Shown here piece by piece: positions 12,446 through 24,340 of a stretch of 64,000 nucleotides of DNA (positions are counted from its first letter, which is position 1; every line of letters begins with the position of its first letter). Source of the stretch: Octopus sinensis (lineage: Eukaryota); NCBI RefSeq assembly GCF_006345805.1, contig NC_043008.1, positions 45,384,001-45,448,000 on the forward strand, written 5' to 3'. A program made the position numbers and the translations under genes. Below the pieces are notes generated by a model, which saw nothing but the letters and a program-made list of their open reading frames with translations, was not told the origin of the DNA and searched no databases.

Positions 12446-13048
12446 GTGGCCTTTCTCTCTGGGACATTTGTAGCATATGGCTTGCATTACAGACATGAAT
12501 TGTTGAAGTATCATGTCGATGTCCGGCGAGGAGAGATTCAGGCCAGTTTTGTTTGAGGATCTCTTTCTCAATTTGTTTCCAGTTTGCCTTATTGAAGTTC
12601 AAGCTGGAAAGATTCTGAGGGTTTCTTGTAGGCTGCATGTCCGTGCTCTCTTTTGGCCCGTACATGGTCAGCTCTACCATGTTGTGATCCGAGAGTAGTG
12701 TCGGTGTCACTTTCACATTATGGATGAGATCCATATTATTTGTGAAGCAGAGATCCAGTGTGTTACCTGCTCTGGTTGGTTGGAGTATTACTTGCTCCAT
12801 GTACAGGGTGTTGATGAGGTTCAGGAGGGACCTCGCCTGTCCTCGTTTACATCTTGTCATTCTTGGGAGAGAAAGGCCCTAGGGCCATCTGACATTGGGT
12901 AGATTGAAGTCTCCCGTGAGAAGTACACTTATGTGTTGTTCTAATGTGATTAGAACTTCTTCTATTTTTAAAAGGCAGTCCTCAAACTAGCCCATATGAC
13001 TTGGGGCATCTGGAGGGCGATATGTAGCACACACAACTACATCAAGTT
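12446..13048 (-). mobile_element. Internal endonuclease-region fragment of LINE family A
   Basis: ORF 12174..12860 ([47 protein letters not shown]) is nearly identical to ORF2 at 20642. Both ends are cut by (TA)n. Confidence 0.92.
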
Positions 13049-13056
13049 ATATATAC

Positions 13057-13089
<33 letters not shown>

Positions 13090-13544
13090 ATAATGTACAT
13101 ATTTATATATATAAGACATATACATATATGTATATAGATATATATATATTATAACAGATTATATATATATATATATACATATAATATATACATATATATA
13201 TGATATATATACATACAATATAATACATATATATATTATACATATATATCTATATATATTCTCTAATACATCGATATATATATCCTATGTGTATAGTATA
13301 TTATAATGTATATATATCTGTGTGGTATATATTTATGTGTATATATTTATATATATAATGTGTATATATATATATATGTGTATATCTATATATGTGTATA
13401 TATATATATGTGTATATATATATATATATATGTGTATATATATATATATATATGTGTATATATAATATATATATGTGTATATATATATATATGTGTATAA
13501 TATATATATGTGTATATATATATATATATATGATATATATATAT

Positions 13545-13583
<39 letters not shown>

Positions 13584-13584
<1 letters not shown>

Positions 13585-16500
13585 AGTGGACAGCGGCTCG
13601 ATGGAGCGAAGAGACAGGAATTCGTGCGCTCATATGCACTTGTACGGTCGCACATGGCGCACTTGATGCCATCTTGAGAACGAGCGGAGCAAAGATGGCA
13701 AGAATGGAGACGAGAGAAGTCACCCCCACCTGGTGACGCCCGGAGGAGGTTTTGAATGAGAAACCTGCCCGGGAAGTGAACCCAGGTGCAAGTTCTCCAA
13801 CCGGCAGCAAGGGCCATGGAGACGGAGAGAACCCGGTGATGAAGAGTATAGAGGGAGGAAGAAGAACTAAAAGAAGGACTGGAAGAGCTAAAGGAAAAGA
13901 AAAAGCTCAAGCAGGACCAAAGTGTGAAACAACCAGAAATAGAAGTGGAACCGCAAAGGATGGAACCAAACAGCGCACAAGGGTGTGTATGTTCTACCTG
14001 AGAGGTTCCTGCTGGCATGGAAAGGAAGGTGCAGGCTGCCGCTTTCACATCTGGGACCCTGCCACAGAGACACGAGGCAGATGGACAAACCATCAACACA
14101 AAGAAAAGGGATGGACCACGCACCACCTGCCCCAAAAGGGAGGTACGCAGATGTTGTACGCGCCACAAACAGCCAACATGATGTCGAAAGAGCGGCTGCT
14201 GAGCAACAATTTTTTTTGTGCATGGCACAAAAGATTGTACAGCAGCTGACCTGGCTTCATCAAACCCAAGCCCGCAGGTGGGACTACCCACTATATACCA
14301 GACCACCACAGCAAACAGACACAGGATGGACACCGCCGGCAACAACGTACACCTCACCTCGATACTCCTACTGAACATCAGAGGACTGCAAACACTCAGT
14401 AACAGGACAAAGATCCCGTTCCTGAGAGACTTTGTTGCATGCAATCAAGCCTTATGCATAGCACTTACAGAAACGCACCTGAAACCGGACATAGCAGATG
14501 CGGAGTTACACATACCACAGTATGCTGTACTACGGACCGACAGGAAAGAAAGGAGTCATGGAGGTGTTGCTATGTACATCCGTGAGGACCTCACACCCCA
14601 GGTCCTCTTGTCATACTCAAACTCGGTGTGTGACACACTAATTGTACATATTAGGCAACTTGATGTAGTTGTGTGTGCTACATATCGCCCTCCAGATGCC
14701 CCAAGCCATGTGGGCAAGTTTGAAGACTGCCTTATAAAAATAGAAGAAATTCTAACCACATTAGAGCAACACATAGGTGTGCTTCTTATGGGAGACTTCA
14801 ATCTGCCCAATGTCAGAGGCCCGAGGGCCTTTCTCTCCCAGGAATGACAAGATGTGAACGAGGACAGGCGAGGTCCCTCCTGAACCTCATCAACACCCTG
14901 TACATGGAGCAGGTAATACTCCAACCAACCAGGGCAGGTAACACACTGGATCTCTGCTTCACAAATGACATGGATCTCATCCATAATGTGAAAGTGACAC
15001 CGACACTACTCTCGGATCACAACATGATAGAGCTGACCATGTACGGGCCAAAAGAGAGCACGGACATGCAGCCTACAAGAAACCCTCAAAATCTTTCCAG
15101 CTTGAACTACCATAAGGCAAACTGGAAACAAATTGAGAAAGAGATCCTCAAACAAAACTGGCCTAAATGTCTCTCCTCGCCAGACATCGACGTGAAACTT
15201 CAACAATTCATGTCTGTAATGCAAGCCATATGCTACAAATGTGTCCCAGAGAGAAGGCCACTGTACACAAGAACAAAATCCCCAGAGAGAGGAAAATTTT
15301 AATGAGACGGCGTACGAAATTTTCAAATCGCCTAAACAAACAGATTGAAAGCAGTGAAAAGTCCCGCCTAAAAATAAAACTGTTGGAAATCGAAAAATGT
15401 CTGCAACTCTCCCATGAAAAAGAAAGAGCAGACAAAGAAGCCTGGGCTATAGAAAACATAAAATCTAACCCCAGAGCTTTCTACAGGTATGCCAAAAAGA
15501 AACAGCTACAGTGCACTGTAGAATAGGGCCACTCCTCGAAAAGGATGGCACACTTACAGGAAAACCAATGAGGGTAAGTGAAATACTGAATGAGCAATTC
15601 AAGAGTGTTTTCACTCCACCCCTTGGGCATCTCCAAATCACCAATCCAACTGACTTTTTTACCACTGCAGATATAAAATCAGAGGCGGCGACGATAGATT
15701 ACATCGATATAAAGGAAGACGATGTAACCAAGGCTATAGATGAAATGAAAACAGACTCAGCTACTGGCCCCGATGGATTCCCGGCAATCCTCCTAAAAGC
15801 ATGTAAGAGAGTCCTAGCAAGACCACTGCAGTTCCTCTTTCAGAGCTTCCTTGCAGCTGGCAAACTTCCAGGAAAACTGAAGGAAGGTAAAATATGCCCC
15901 ATTCATAAAGGAGGTAGCAGAGCGGAAGCCAAGAACTATAGACCTATCTCTCTGACCTCACACATCAGCAAGGTCATGGAACGAATAGTCAGAAGGAAGC
16001 TGATCACCTTCCTTGAAGAGAATGACTTGCTGCCCGACACCCAACATGGTTTCCGACCAGGGAGAAGCTGTTTAACTCAGCTCCTACAACACTATGCCTG
16101 GGTGCTGAAACGGCTGCTCAACCACTCAAATGTGGAAGTGATATATCTCGACTTTGCAAAGGCCTTTGATAAAGTCGATCATGGAATGATATGTCACAAA
16201 CTGCGTGATCTCAACATAGTTGGAAAACTGGGAGAATGGCTTCATGACTTTCTGAAGGATAGAAGTCAGGTGGTAGTAGCCAATGGGCCCACCTCCATTA
16301 ACACACAAATAGTGAGCGGTGTTCCGCAGGGCACTGTTCTGGGACCACTACTGTTCATAATGGCCCTCTCAGACATGCCCTCAGCCACGCAGAGAGCCAC
16401 GATCACAAGTTATGCAGATGATACAAAAGTTTCACAGGCAATACAGAACCCTGAGGACACTAAACACCTGCAATGTGAGCTGGACGAAAATACAAGTGGG

Positions 16501-17413
16501 CTGAAAAGAATAGCATGCAGTTCAATGCTGGAAAGTTTCAAGCTTTATACTATCAGCATGCAAAACTGAATGCAATACCCAATGAATACACTGGACCCGG
16601 AGGGATTGCAATCCCAGAGGCACAATCAGTGCGTGACCTGGGTATTCACATGAGTGATGACGCGACCTTTCATGTACATGTTGCTAAACTGACAATGAAA
16701 TGTAGACGGCTGGCTGGTGGATTCTTAGAACCTTTAGAACAAGAGAACAAAAAACCATGATGGTCCTCTGGAAGACACTTGTCCTAAGCCACTTTGACTA
16801 TTGCTCTCAGCTATGGTCACCATCCAGTGTCAAGTTGATCACAGAACTTGAGGCGATCCAACGAAGCTACACAAAGAAGATAGCCTCTATGCAGAATGTA
16901 AGCTACTGGGAAAGACTCAAGAGATTAAAATTATATTCCTGGAGCGTAGGCGGGAAAGATATGCCATAATATACATCTGGAAGATCCTGGAGGCAAGTGT
17001 CCTGAACTTTGGCATCGAGAGTTACGCAAATGCCAGAACTGGGCGCCACTGCGTGGTGCCTAGGACTCCAAACCTGCCATCAAGATGTAGGACAAGATTC
17101 TGTGATAGCCTGGGCTTCCGAGGCCCACAGCTCTTCAATATCCTCCCGAAGAACTGAGAGACCTGCATGGGGTGGATACAGATGTCTTTAAAATGAAGCT
17201 GGATCTCTTCCTGTCAGGTGTCCCAGATGAACCAACTTCACGGCAGGAGGGGCAGATGAGGGCAGCTGCATCGAACTCTCTCATGCACCAAATAGCAGTT
17301 GCTAGAAAGCCTCCATGAAGTGAAACCAAGTAGCAACACCAAATGGCGGTGCCCCAGCATGGCCACAGCTCATAAGCTGAAACTAGAATCAATCAATCAA
17401 TCAATCAATCAAT
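13584..17413 (+). mobile_element. CR1-group LINE family A, copy 1 (5'-truncated inside ORF1, (AATC)n tail)
   Basis: ORF1 remnant with a CCCH finger ends at 14374. ORF2 from ATG 14326 has APE (NIRGL, LTETHL, GGVAMY, YRPP, GDFN, SDHN) and RT (LDFAKAFD, GVPQGTVLGP, YADD) motifs, broken by several 1-2 nt indels. The tail is aatcaatcaatc. Confidence 0.95.
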
Positions 17414-17443
17414 ATGTGTATATATATATATATATATATATTA

Positions 17444-17480
<37 letters not shown>

Positions 17481-17567
17481 CATGCATATATATATATACA
17501 TATATATATATGTATATATATATATATAACTATATATATAATATAATATATATACATATAGATATAC

Positions 17568-17600
<33 letters not shown>

Positions 17601-18048
17601 CATAATATATACATATATATATATATATAATATATATATATATAATATATATATACATATATTATAACATATATAGATATATTATATACATATATATATA
17701 CATAATATATATATATTATTATATATAATATACATATATATATATCTATATATATATACATTATATATATAATATACTACTATATATATATCAACATATA
17801 TATATATTATATATAATACATATATATAATATTATATACATAGTATATATATATATATATACAGATATATATATAATATATATAATATATATTATAATAG
17901 ATACATATGTATATATATATATATATAATATACAATGTAGATATATATCTATATATATACATATTATATATATATATATATATATACCTATGTATATATA
18001 TATATATCTATATATATATATATCATATATATATTATCATATATAATA

Positions 18049-18084
<36 letters not shown>

Positions 18085-18103
18085 TTATATATACCTATAT
18101 ATA
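17414..18103. repeat. Irregular (TA)n array between the two LINE copies
   Basis: Seen directly. Confidence 0.95.
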
Positions 18104-18554
18104 ATCGATATCACGAGTGATGCCTAAAGACGTGATTGCCTTTGCTCTGTGAAAAGTTTGCATAGAACGGCGAAATAACCCAGTTATAGTTGCAAAACGT
18201 AAAACTCTAAGTCATAGATATCACTACAACACTTTGGTTTAAAAATATTAAAAAAAATATATATATAAATATATACATATACACAGTAATTTTCATTATC
18301 GCCGAAACGCACATGGTGCAAAAATAACTGAATCAAGTTATCTCCTGCAAGAAAGAAAAAAGAAGCATCTCTCCTGAAAAAAATCCCGTTAACAAAAAAA
18401 ATAATCCAGACCACATTGTTGGATTAAGTATCAATTTCATCTATTACATATTTTATTTATTATTCTATTTTATCTTTCACTTAGGCCCACATCTTAGTTA
18501 AAGTTGCGATCGTCATTTTGTTTGTTTACATTTTTCAATCTGTTCTCGATATAA

Positions 18555-19434
18555 TAATTTTCCAGATACTCTATCTTCTAATTAGCCTTAAGATTAAATT
18601 AATAACGTTTAATATTGATACCGTCAAATTAGCCTTAGGATTAAATTAAATAATGTTTAATATTGTTTAATATTGTTAATAATTATTGTTAATTAGCCTT
18701 AAGATTAAATTAAATAACGTTTAATATTGTTTAATATTGTTAATAATTTTTCAGATACTCTATTTTAATTAGCCTTAAGGTTAAATTAAATAACGTTTAA
18801 TATTAAAAACGTCTAATTAGCCTTAGGATTAAATTAAATAACGTTTAATATTGTTAATAATTATTGTTAATTAGCCTTAGGATTAAATAAATAACGTTTA
18901 CATTGTTTAATATTGTTAATAATTACTGTTAATTAGCCTTAAGATTAAATTAAATAACGTTTAATATTGTTTAATATTGTTAATAATTCTTCAGATACTC
19001 TATCTTCTAATTAGCCTTAAGATTAAATTAAATAACGTTTAATATTACCCACACTCTAATATAATATTAACATTGCTAATATATTTTCAGATACTCTATC
19101 TCCTGATTAGCCTTAAGATTAAATAACGTTTTATCCACACTCTAATATAATATTAATATTGCTAAATATTTTCAGATACTCTATCTTCTAATTAGCCTTA
19201 AGATTAATTAAATAACGTTAATATTAATAACGTCTAATTAGCCTTAAGATTAAATTAAATAACGGTTAATATTGCTTAATATTGTATATATAATTTTTCA
19301 GATACTCTGTCTTCTAATTAGCCTTAAGATTAAATTAAATAACGTTTAATATAACCCACACTCTAATATAATATTAATATTGCTAATATATTTTCAGATA
19401 CTCTATCTCCAAATTAGCCTTAAGATTAAATAAC

Positions 19435-19471
<37 letters not shown>

Positions 19472-19725
19472 ACACTCTAATATAATATTAATATTGCTAA
19501 TATATTTTCAGATACTCTATCTCCTAATTAGCCTTAAGATTCAACAACGTTTTTATCCACACTCTAATATAATATTAATATTGCTAATACATTTTCAGAT
19601 ACTCTATCCCCTAATTAGCCTTAAGATTAAATAACGTTTTTACCCAAATAACGTTTTTACACAAACTTTAATATTGTTAATATTTCTTTTTCAAGTACTC
19701 TATCTTCTAATTAGCCTTAATATCT
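18555..19725 (+). repeat. AT-rich minisatellite of 16 variable monomers directly upstream of ORF1 (candidate LINE 5' UTR/promoter array)
   Basis: The core (a)attagcctta(a/g)g counted 16 times from 18580 to 19709, with sub-modules aaataacgtttaatatt, ttttcagatactctatc and cccacactctaatataat. A 32-nt T run lies at 19436-19467. Confidence 0.9.
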
Positions 19726-19780
19726 TCCTGTCTTCTCTCGAACATAATTAGATAGATAAACGGATAACGGATTATCCAGC

Positions 19781-20690
19781 ATGTCCAGAGCATGGAGACG
19801 TGACGAGCTGGATTTATTCGTACGAGCATGGGAGTGCGCCGGCGGAGATAGCCCTAGGGAGGTGATTGCGGCTGCGCTGAAGAGCAGAGGCTACAAGAGG
19901 ACAGCGGCTCAGATGGAGCGAAAGAGACAGGAATTCGTGCGCTCATATGCGCTTGTACGGTCGCACATTGGCGCACTTGATGCCATCTTTGAGAACGAGC
20001 GGAGCAAAGATGGCAAGAATGGAGACGATGAAAGAAGTCACCCCCACCTGGTGGACGCCCGGGAGGAGGTTTTGAATGAGAAACCTGCCCGGAAGTGAAC
20101 CCAGGTGCAAGTTCTCCAACCGGCAGCAAGGGCCATGGAGACGGAGAACCCGGTGAAGAGGTAGTAGGGAGGAAGAAGAACTAAAAGAAGGACTGGAAGA
20201 GCTAAAGGAAAAGAAAAAGCTCAAGCAGGACCAAAGAGTGAAACAACCAGAAATAGAAGTGGAACCGCAAAGGATGGACCCAAACAGCGCACACGGGTGT
20301 GTATGTTCTACCTGAGAGGTTCCTGCTGGCATGGAAAGGAAGGTGCAGGCTGCCGCTTTGCACATCGGGGACCCTGCCACAGAGACACGAGGCAGATGGA
20401 CAAACCATCAACACAAAGAAAAGGGATGGACCACGCACCACTGCCCCAAAGCGGAGGTACGCAGATGTTGTGCGCGCCACAAACAGCCAACATGATGTGT
20501 CGAAAGAGCAGCTGCTGAGCAACAATCTTTTTTGTGCATGGCACAAAAGATTGTACAGCAGCTGACCTGGCTTCATCAAACCCAAGCCCGCAGGTGGGAC
20601 TACCCACTATATACCAGACCACCACAGCAAACAGACACAGGATGGACACCGCCGGCAACAACGTACACCTCACCTCGATACTCCTACTGA
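19781..20690 (+). CDS. LINE ORF1 protein, about 300 aa once frameshifts are corrected: Myb/SANT (trihelix)-like N-terminus, basic linker, CCCH zinc finger
   Basis: MSRAWRRDELDLFVRAWE...[30 protein letters not shown]; CMFYLRGSCWHGKEGAGCRFAH; RRYADVV; C-terminus ...TSPRYSY* as in ORF 13985..14374. Confidence 0.75.
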
Positions 20691-23639
20691 ACATCAGAGG
20701 ACTGCAAACACTCAGTAACAGGACAAAGATCCCGTTCCTGAGAGACTTTGTTGCATGCAATCAAGCCTTATGCATAGCACTTACAGAAATGCACCTGAAA
20801 CCGGACATAGCAGATGCGGAGTTACACATACCACAGTATGCTGTACTACGGACCGACAGGAAAGAAAGGAGTCATGGAGGTGTTGCTATGTACATCCGTG
20901 AGGACCTCACACCCCAGGTCCTCTTGTCATACTCAAACTCGGTGTGTGACACACTAATTGTACATATTAGGCAACTTGATGTAGTTGTGTGTGCTACATA
21001 TCGCCCTCCAGATGCCCCAAGCCATGTGGGCAAGTTTGAAGACTGCCTTATTAAAATAGAAGAAATTCTAACCACATTAGAACAACACATAGGTGTGCTT
21101 CTTATGGGAGACTTCAATCTGCCCAATGTCAGATGGCCCGAGGGCCTTTCTCTCCCAGGAATGACAAGATGTGAACGAGGACAGGCGAGGTCCCTCCTGA
21201 ACCTCATCAACACCCTGTACATGGAGCAGGTAATACTCCAACCAACCAGGGCAGGTAACACACTGGATCTCTGCTTCACAAATGACATGGATCTCATCCA
21301 TAATGTGAAAGTGACACCGACACTACTCTCGGATCACAACATGATAGAGCTGACCATGTACGGGCCAAAAGAGAGCACGGACATGCAACCTACAAGAAAC
21401 CCTCAAAATCTTTCCAGCTTGAACTACCATAAGGCAAACTGGAAACAAATTGAGAAAGAGATCCTCAAACAAAACTGGCCTAAATGTTTCTCCTCGCCAG
21501 ACATCGACGTGAAACTTCAACAATTCATGTCTGTAATGCAAGCCATATGCTACAAATATGTCCCAGAGAGAAAGGCCACTGTACACAAGAACAAAATCCC
21601 CAGAGAGAGGAAAATTTTAATGAGACGGCGTACGAAATTTTCAAATCGCCAAAACAAACAGATTGAAAGCAGTGAAAAGTCCCGCCTAAAAATAAAACTG
21701 TTGGAAATCGAAAAATGTCTGCAACTCTCCCATGAAAAAGAAAGAGCAGACAAAGAAGCCTGGGCTATAGAAAACATAAAATCTAACCCCAGAGCTTTCT
21801 ACAGGTATGCCAAAGAAACAGCTACAGTGCACTGTAGAATAGGGCCACTCCTCGAAAAGGATGGCACACTTACAGGAAAACCAATGAGGGTAAGTGAAAT
21901 ACTGAATGAGCAATTCAAGAGTGTTTTCACTCCACCCCTTGGGCATCTCCAAATCACCAATCCAACTGACTTTTTTACCACTGCAGATATAAAATCAGAG
22001 GTGGCGACGATAGATTACATCGATATAAAGGAAGACGATGTAACCAAGGCTATAGATGAAATGAAAACAGACTCAGCTACTGGCCCCGATGGATTCCCGG
22101 CAATCCTCCTAAAAGCATGTAAGAGAGTCCTAGCAAGACCACTGCAGTTCCTCTTTCAGAGCTTCCTTGCAGCTGGCAAACTTCCAGGAAAACTGAAGGA
22201 AGGTAAAATATGCCCCATTCATAAAGGAGGTAGCAGAGCGGAAGCCAAGAACTATAGACCTATCTCTCTGACCTCACACATCAGCAAGGTCATGGAACGA
22301 ATAGTCAGAAGGAAGCTGATCACCTTCCTTGAAGAGAATGACTTGCTGCCCGACACCCAACATGGTTTCCGACAGGGAGGAGAAGCTGTTTAACTCAGCT
22401 CCTACAACACTATGACTGGTGCTGAAACGGCTGCTCAACCACTCAAATGTGGAAGTGATATATCTCGACTTTGCAAAGGCCTTTGATAAAGTCGATCATG
22501 GAATGATATGTCACAAACTGCGTGATCTCAACATAGTTGGAAAACTGGGAGAACGGCTTCATGAATTTCTGAAGGATAGAAGTCAGGTGGTAGTAGCCAA
22601 TGGGGCCACCTCCATTAACACACAAATAGTGAGCGGTGTTCCGCAGGGCACTGTTCTGGGACCAATACTGTTCATAATGGCCCTCTCAGACATGCCCTCA
22701 GCCACGCAGAGAGCCACGATCACAAGTTATGCAGATGATACAAAAGTTTCACAGGCAATACAGAACCCTGAGGACACTAAACACCTGCAATGTGAGCTGG
22801 ACGAAATATACAAGTGGGCTGAAAAGAATAGCATGCAGTTCAATGCTGGAAAGTTTCAAGCTTTATACTATCAGCATGCAAAACTGAATGCAATACCCAA
22901 TGAATACACTGGACCCGGAGGGATTGCAATCCCAGAGGCACAATCAGTGCGTGACCTGGGTATTCACATGAGTGATGACGCGACCTTTCATGTACATGTT
23001 GCTAAACTGACAATGAAATGTAGACGGCTGGCTGGATGGATTCTTAGAACCTTTAGAACAAGAGAACAAGAAACCATGATGGTCCTCTGGAAGACACTTG
23101 TCCTAAGCCACTTTGACTATTGCTCTCAGCTATGGTCACCATCCAGTATCAAGTTGATCACAGAACTTGAGGCGATCCAACGAAGCTACACAAAGAAGAT
23201 AGCCTCTATGCAGAATGTAAGCTACTGGGAAAGACTCAAGATATTAAAATTATATTCCCTGGAGCGTAGGCGGGAAAGATATGCCATAATATACATCTGG
23301 AAGATCCTGGAGGGAAGTGTCCTGAACTTTGGCATCGAGAGTTACGCAAATGCCAGAACTGGGCGCCACTGCGTGGTGCCTAGGACTCCAAACCTGCCAT
23401 CAAGATGTAGGACAAGATTCTGTGATAGCCTGGGCTTCCGAGGCCCACAGCTCTTCAATATCCTCCCGAAGAACCTGAGAGACCTGCATGGGGTGGATAC
23501 AGATGTCTTTAAAATGAAGCTGGATCTCTTCCTGTCAAGTGTCCCAGATGAACCAACTTCACGGCAGGAGGGGCAGATGAGGGCAGCTGCATCGAACTCT
23601 CTCATGCACCAAATAGCAGTTGCTAGAAAGCCTCCATGA
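20642..23639 (+). CDS. LINE ORF2 polyprotein (APE endonuclease + reverse transcriptase), about 1000 aa, one short out-of-frame patch at about 22370-22420
   Basis: ORFs 20534..22393 and 22419..23639; all APE and RT motifs are present (SYADD). Copy 1 is in frame across the patch (QHGFRPGRSCLTQLL). Confidence 0.93.
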
Positions 23640-23728
23640 AGTGAAACCAAGTAGCAACACCAAATGGCGGTGCCCCAGCATGGCCACAGCTCATAAGCTG
23701 AAACTAGAATCAATCAATCAATCAATCA

Positions 23729-23769
<41 letters not shown>

Positions 23770-23817
23770 TGTGTGAGTACGCTCGCGTGTGTATATAATT
23801 ATATATATATATTTTTT

Positions 23818-23893
23818 TATTGCCCACAAGGGGCTAAACATAGAGAGGACAAACAAGGACAGATAAAGGGATTAAGTCGATTACATCGACCCC
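23818..23893 (-). mobile_element. 3' fragment of a second octopus-type SINE family
   Basis: attgcccacaaggggctaaacatagag..gattaagtcgattacatcgacccc; related remnants lie near 57865 and 58868. Confidence 0.55.
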
Positions 23894-24204
23894 GTGTGTG
23901 TATTTGTGTATTCCTCATTTATATATCTTTTCATTCCTACAAAACTCCAATACCATTAAGCTAGACTGATTATTGAAATTCCACTAATATTTCTCTTTTG
24001 ATAATCTTCTTTCCTATGTTTATACGTTATCTAATAAGAATAATATAATACACCTATTAATAATTGATTCCGTTTCCTGCATGTTCATACATCTATAAAT
24101 GTATGAATATGTATTTATGTATTTTTTATGTATATGCATGTATATGTTAAAGTGTGTATATATGTATGTATCTATATTTATATCTTAACCTTATGAAACT
24201 TTTA

Positions 24205-24340
24205 AAACTCTGTGACGAAGCCCAGAGGCACACCCAAGTACCTTAATTTTATCTACTTAATTTTTTATACTCCAGTTCACTGAAAGGATAGAAGTAAAGT
24301 GGGTAATGTGACCTCTTGGCTGAAACAGCCGTAAAAAACT
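24205..24340 (+). ncRNA. Degenerate type I hammerhead with a very long stem II
   Basis: gTGACGA-AGCCcAGAGGcACACCCA ... TGGGTaatGTGaCCTCTtGGCT-GAAAC-AGCC-GTA. C3 is mutated to G and stem I is decayed. Confidence 0.55.

Larger units (their letters stand above)
18480..23730 (+). mobile_element. CR1-group LINE family A, copy 2, apparently full length (5' boundary uncertain)
   Basis: Repeat-rich leader, ORF1, overlapping ORF2, short 3' UTR and (AATC)n tail at 23708-23730. Confidence 0.9.

Noticed and set aside
13386-14444. 352-aa minus-strand ORF and other antisense ORFs over LINE A
   Set aside because: Shadow frames of the LINE running into a TA tract; not conserved as one frame in copy 2.
18555-19725. 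Repeat array superficially like a CRISPR array or telomeric TTAGG repeats
   Set aside because: There are no unique spacers, the context is eukaryotic and no cas genes are present; TTAGG occurs in only a few monomers.
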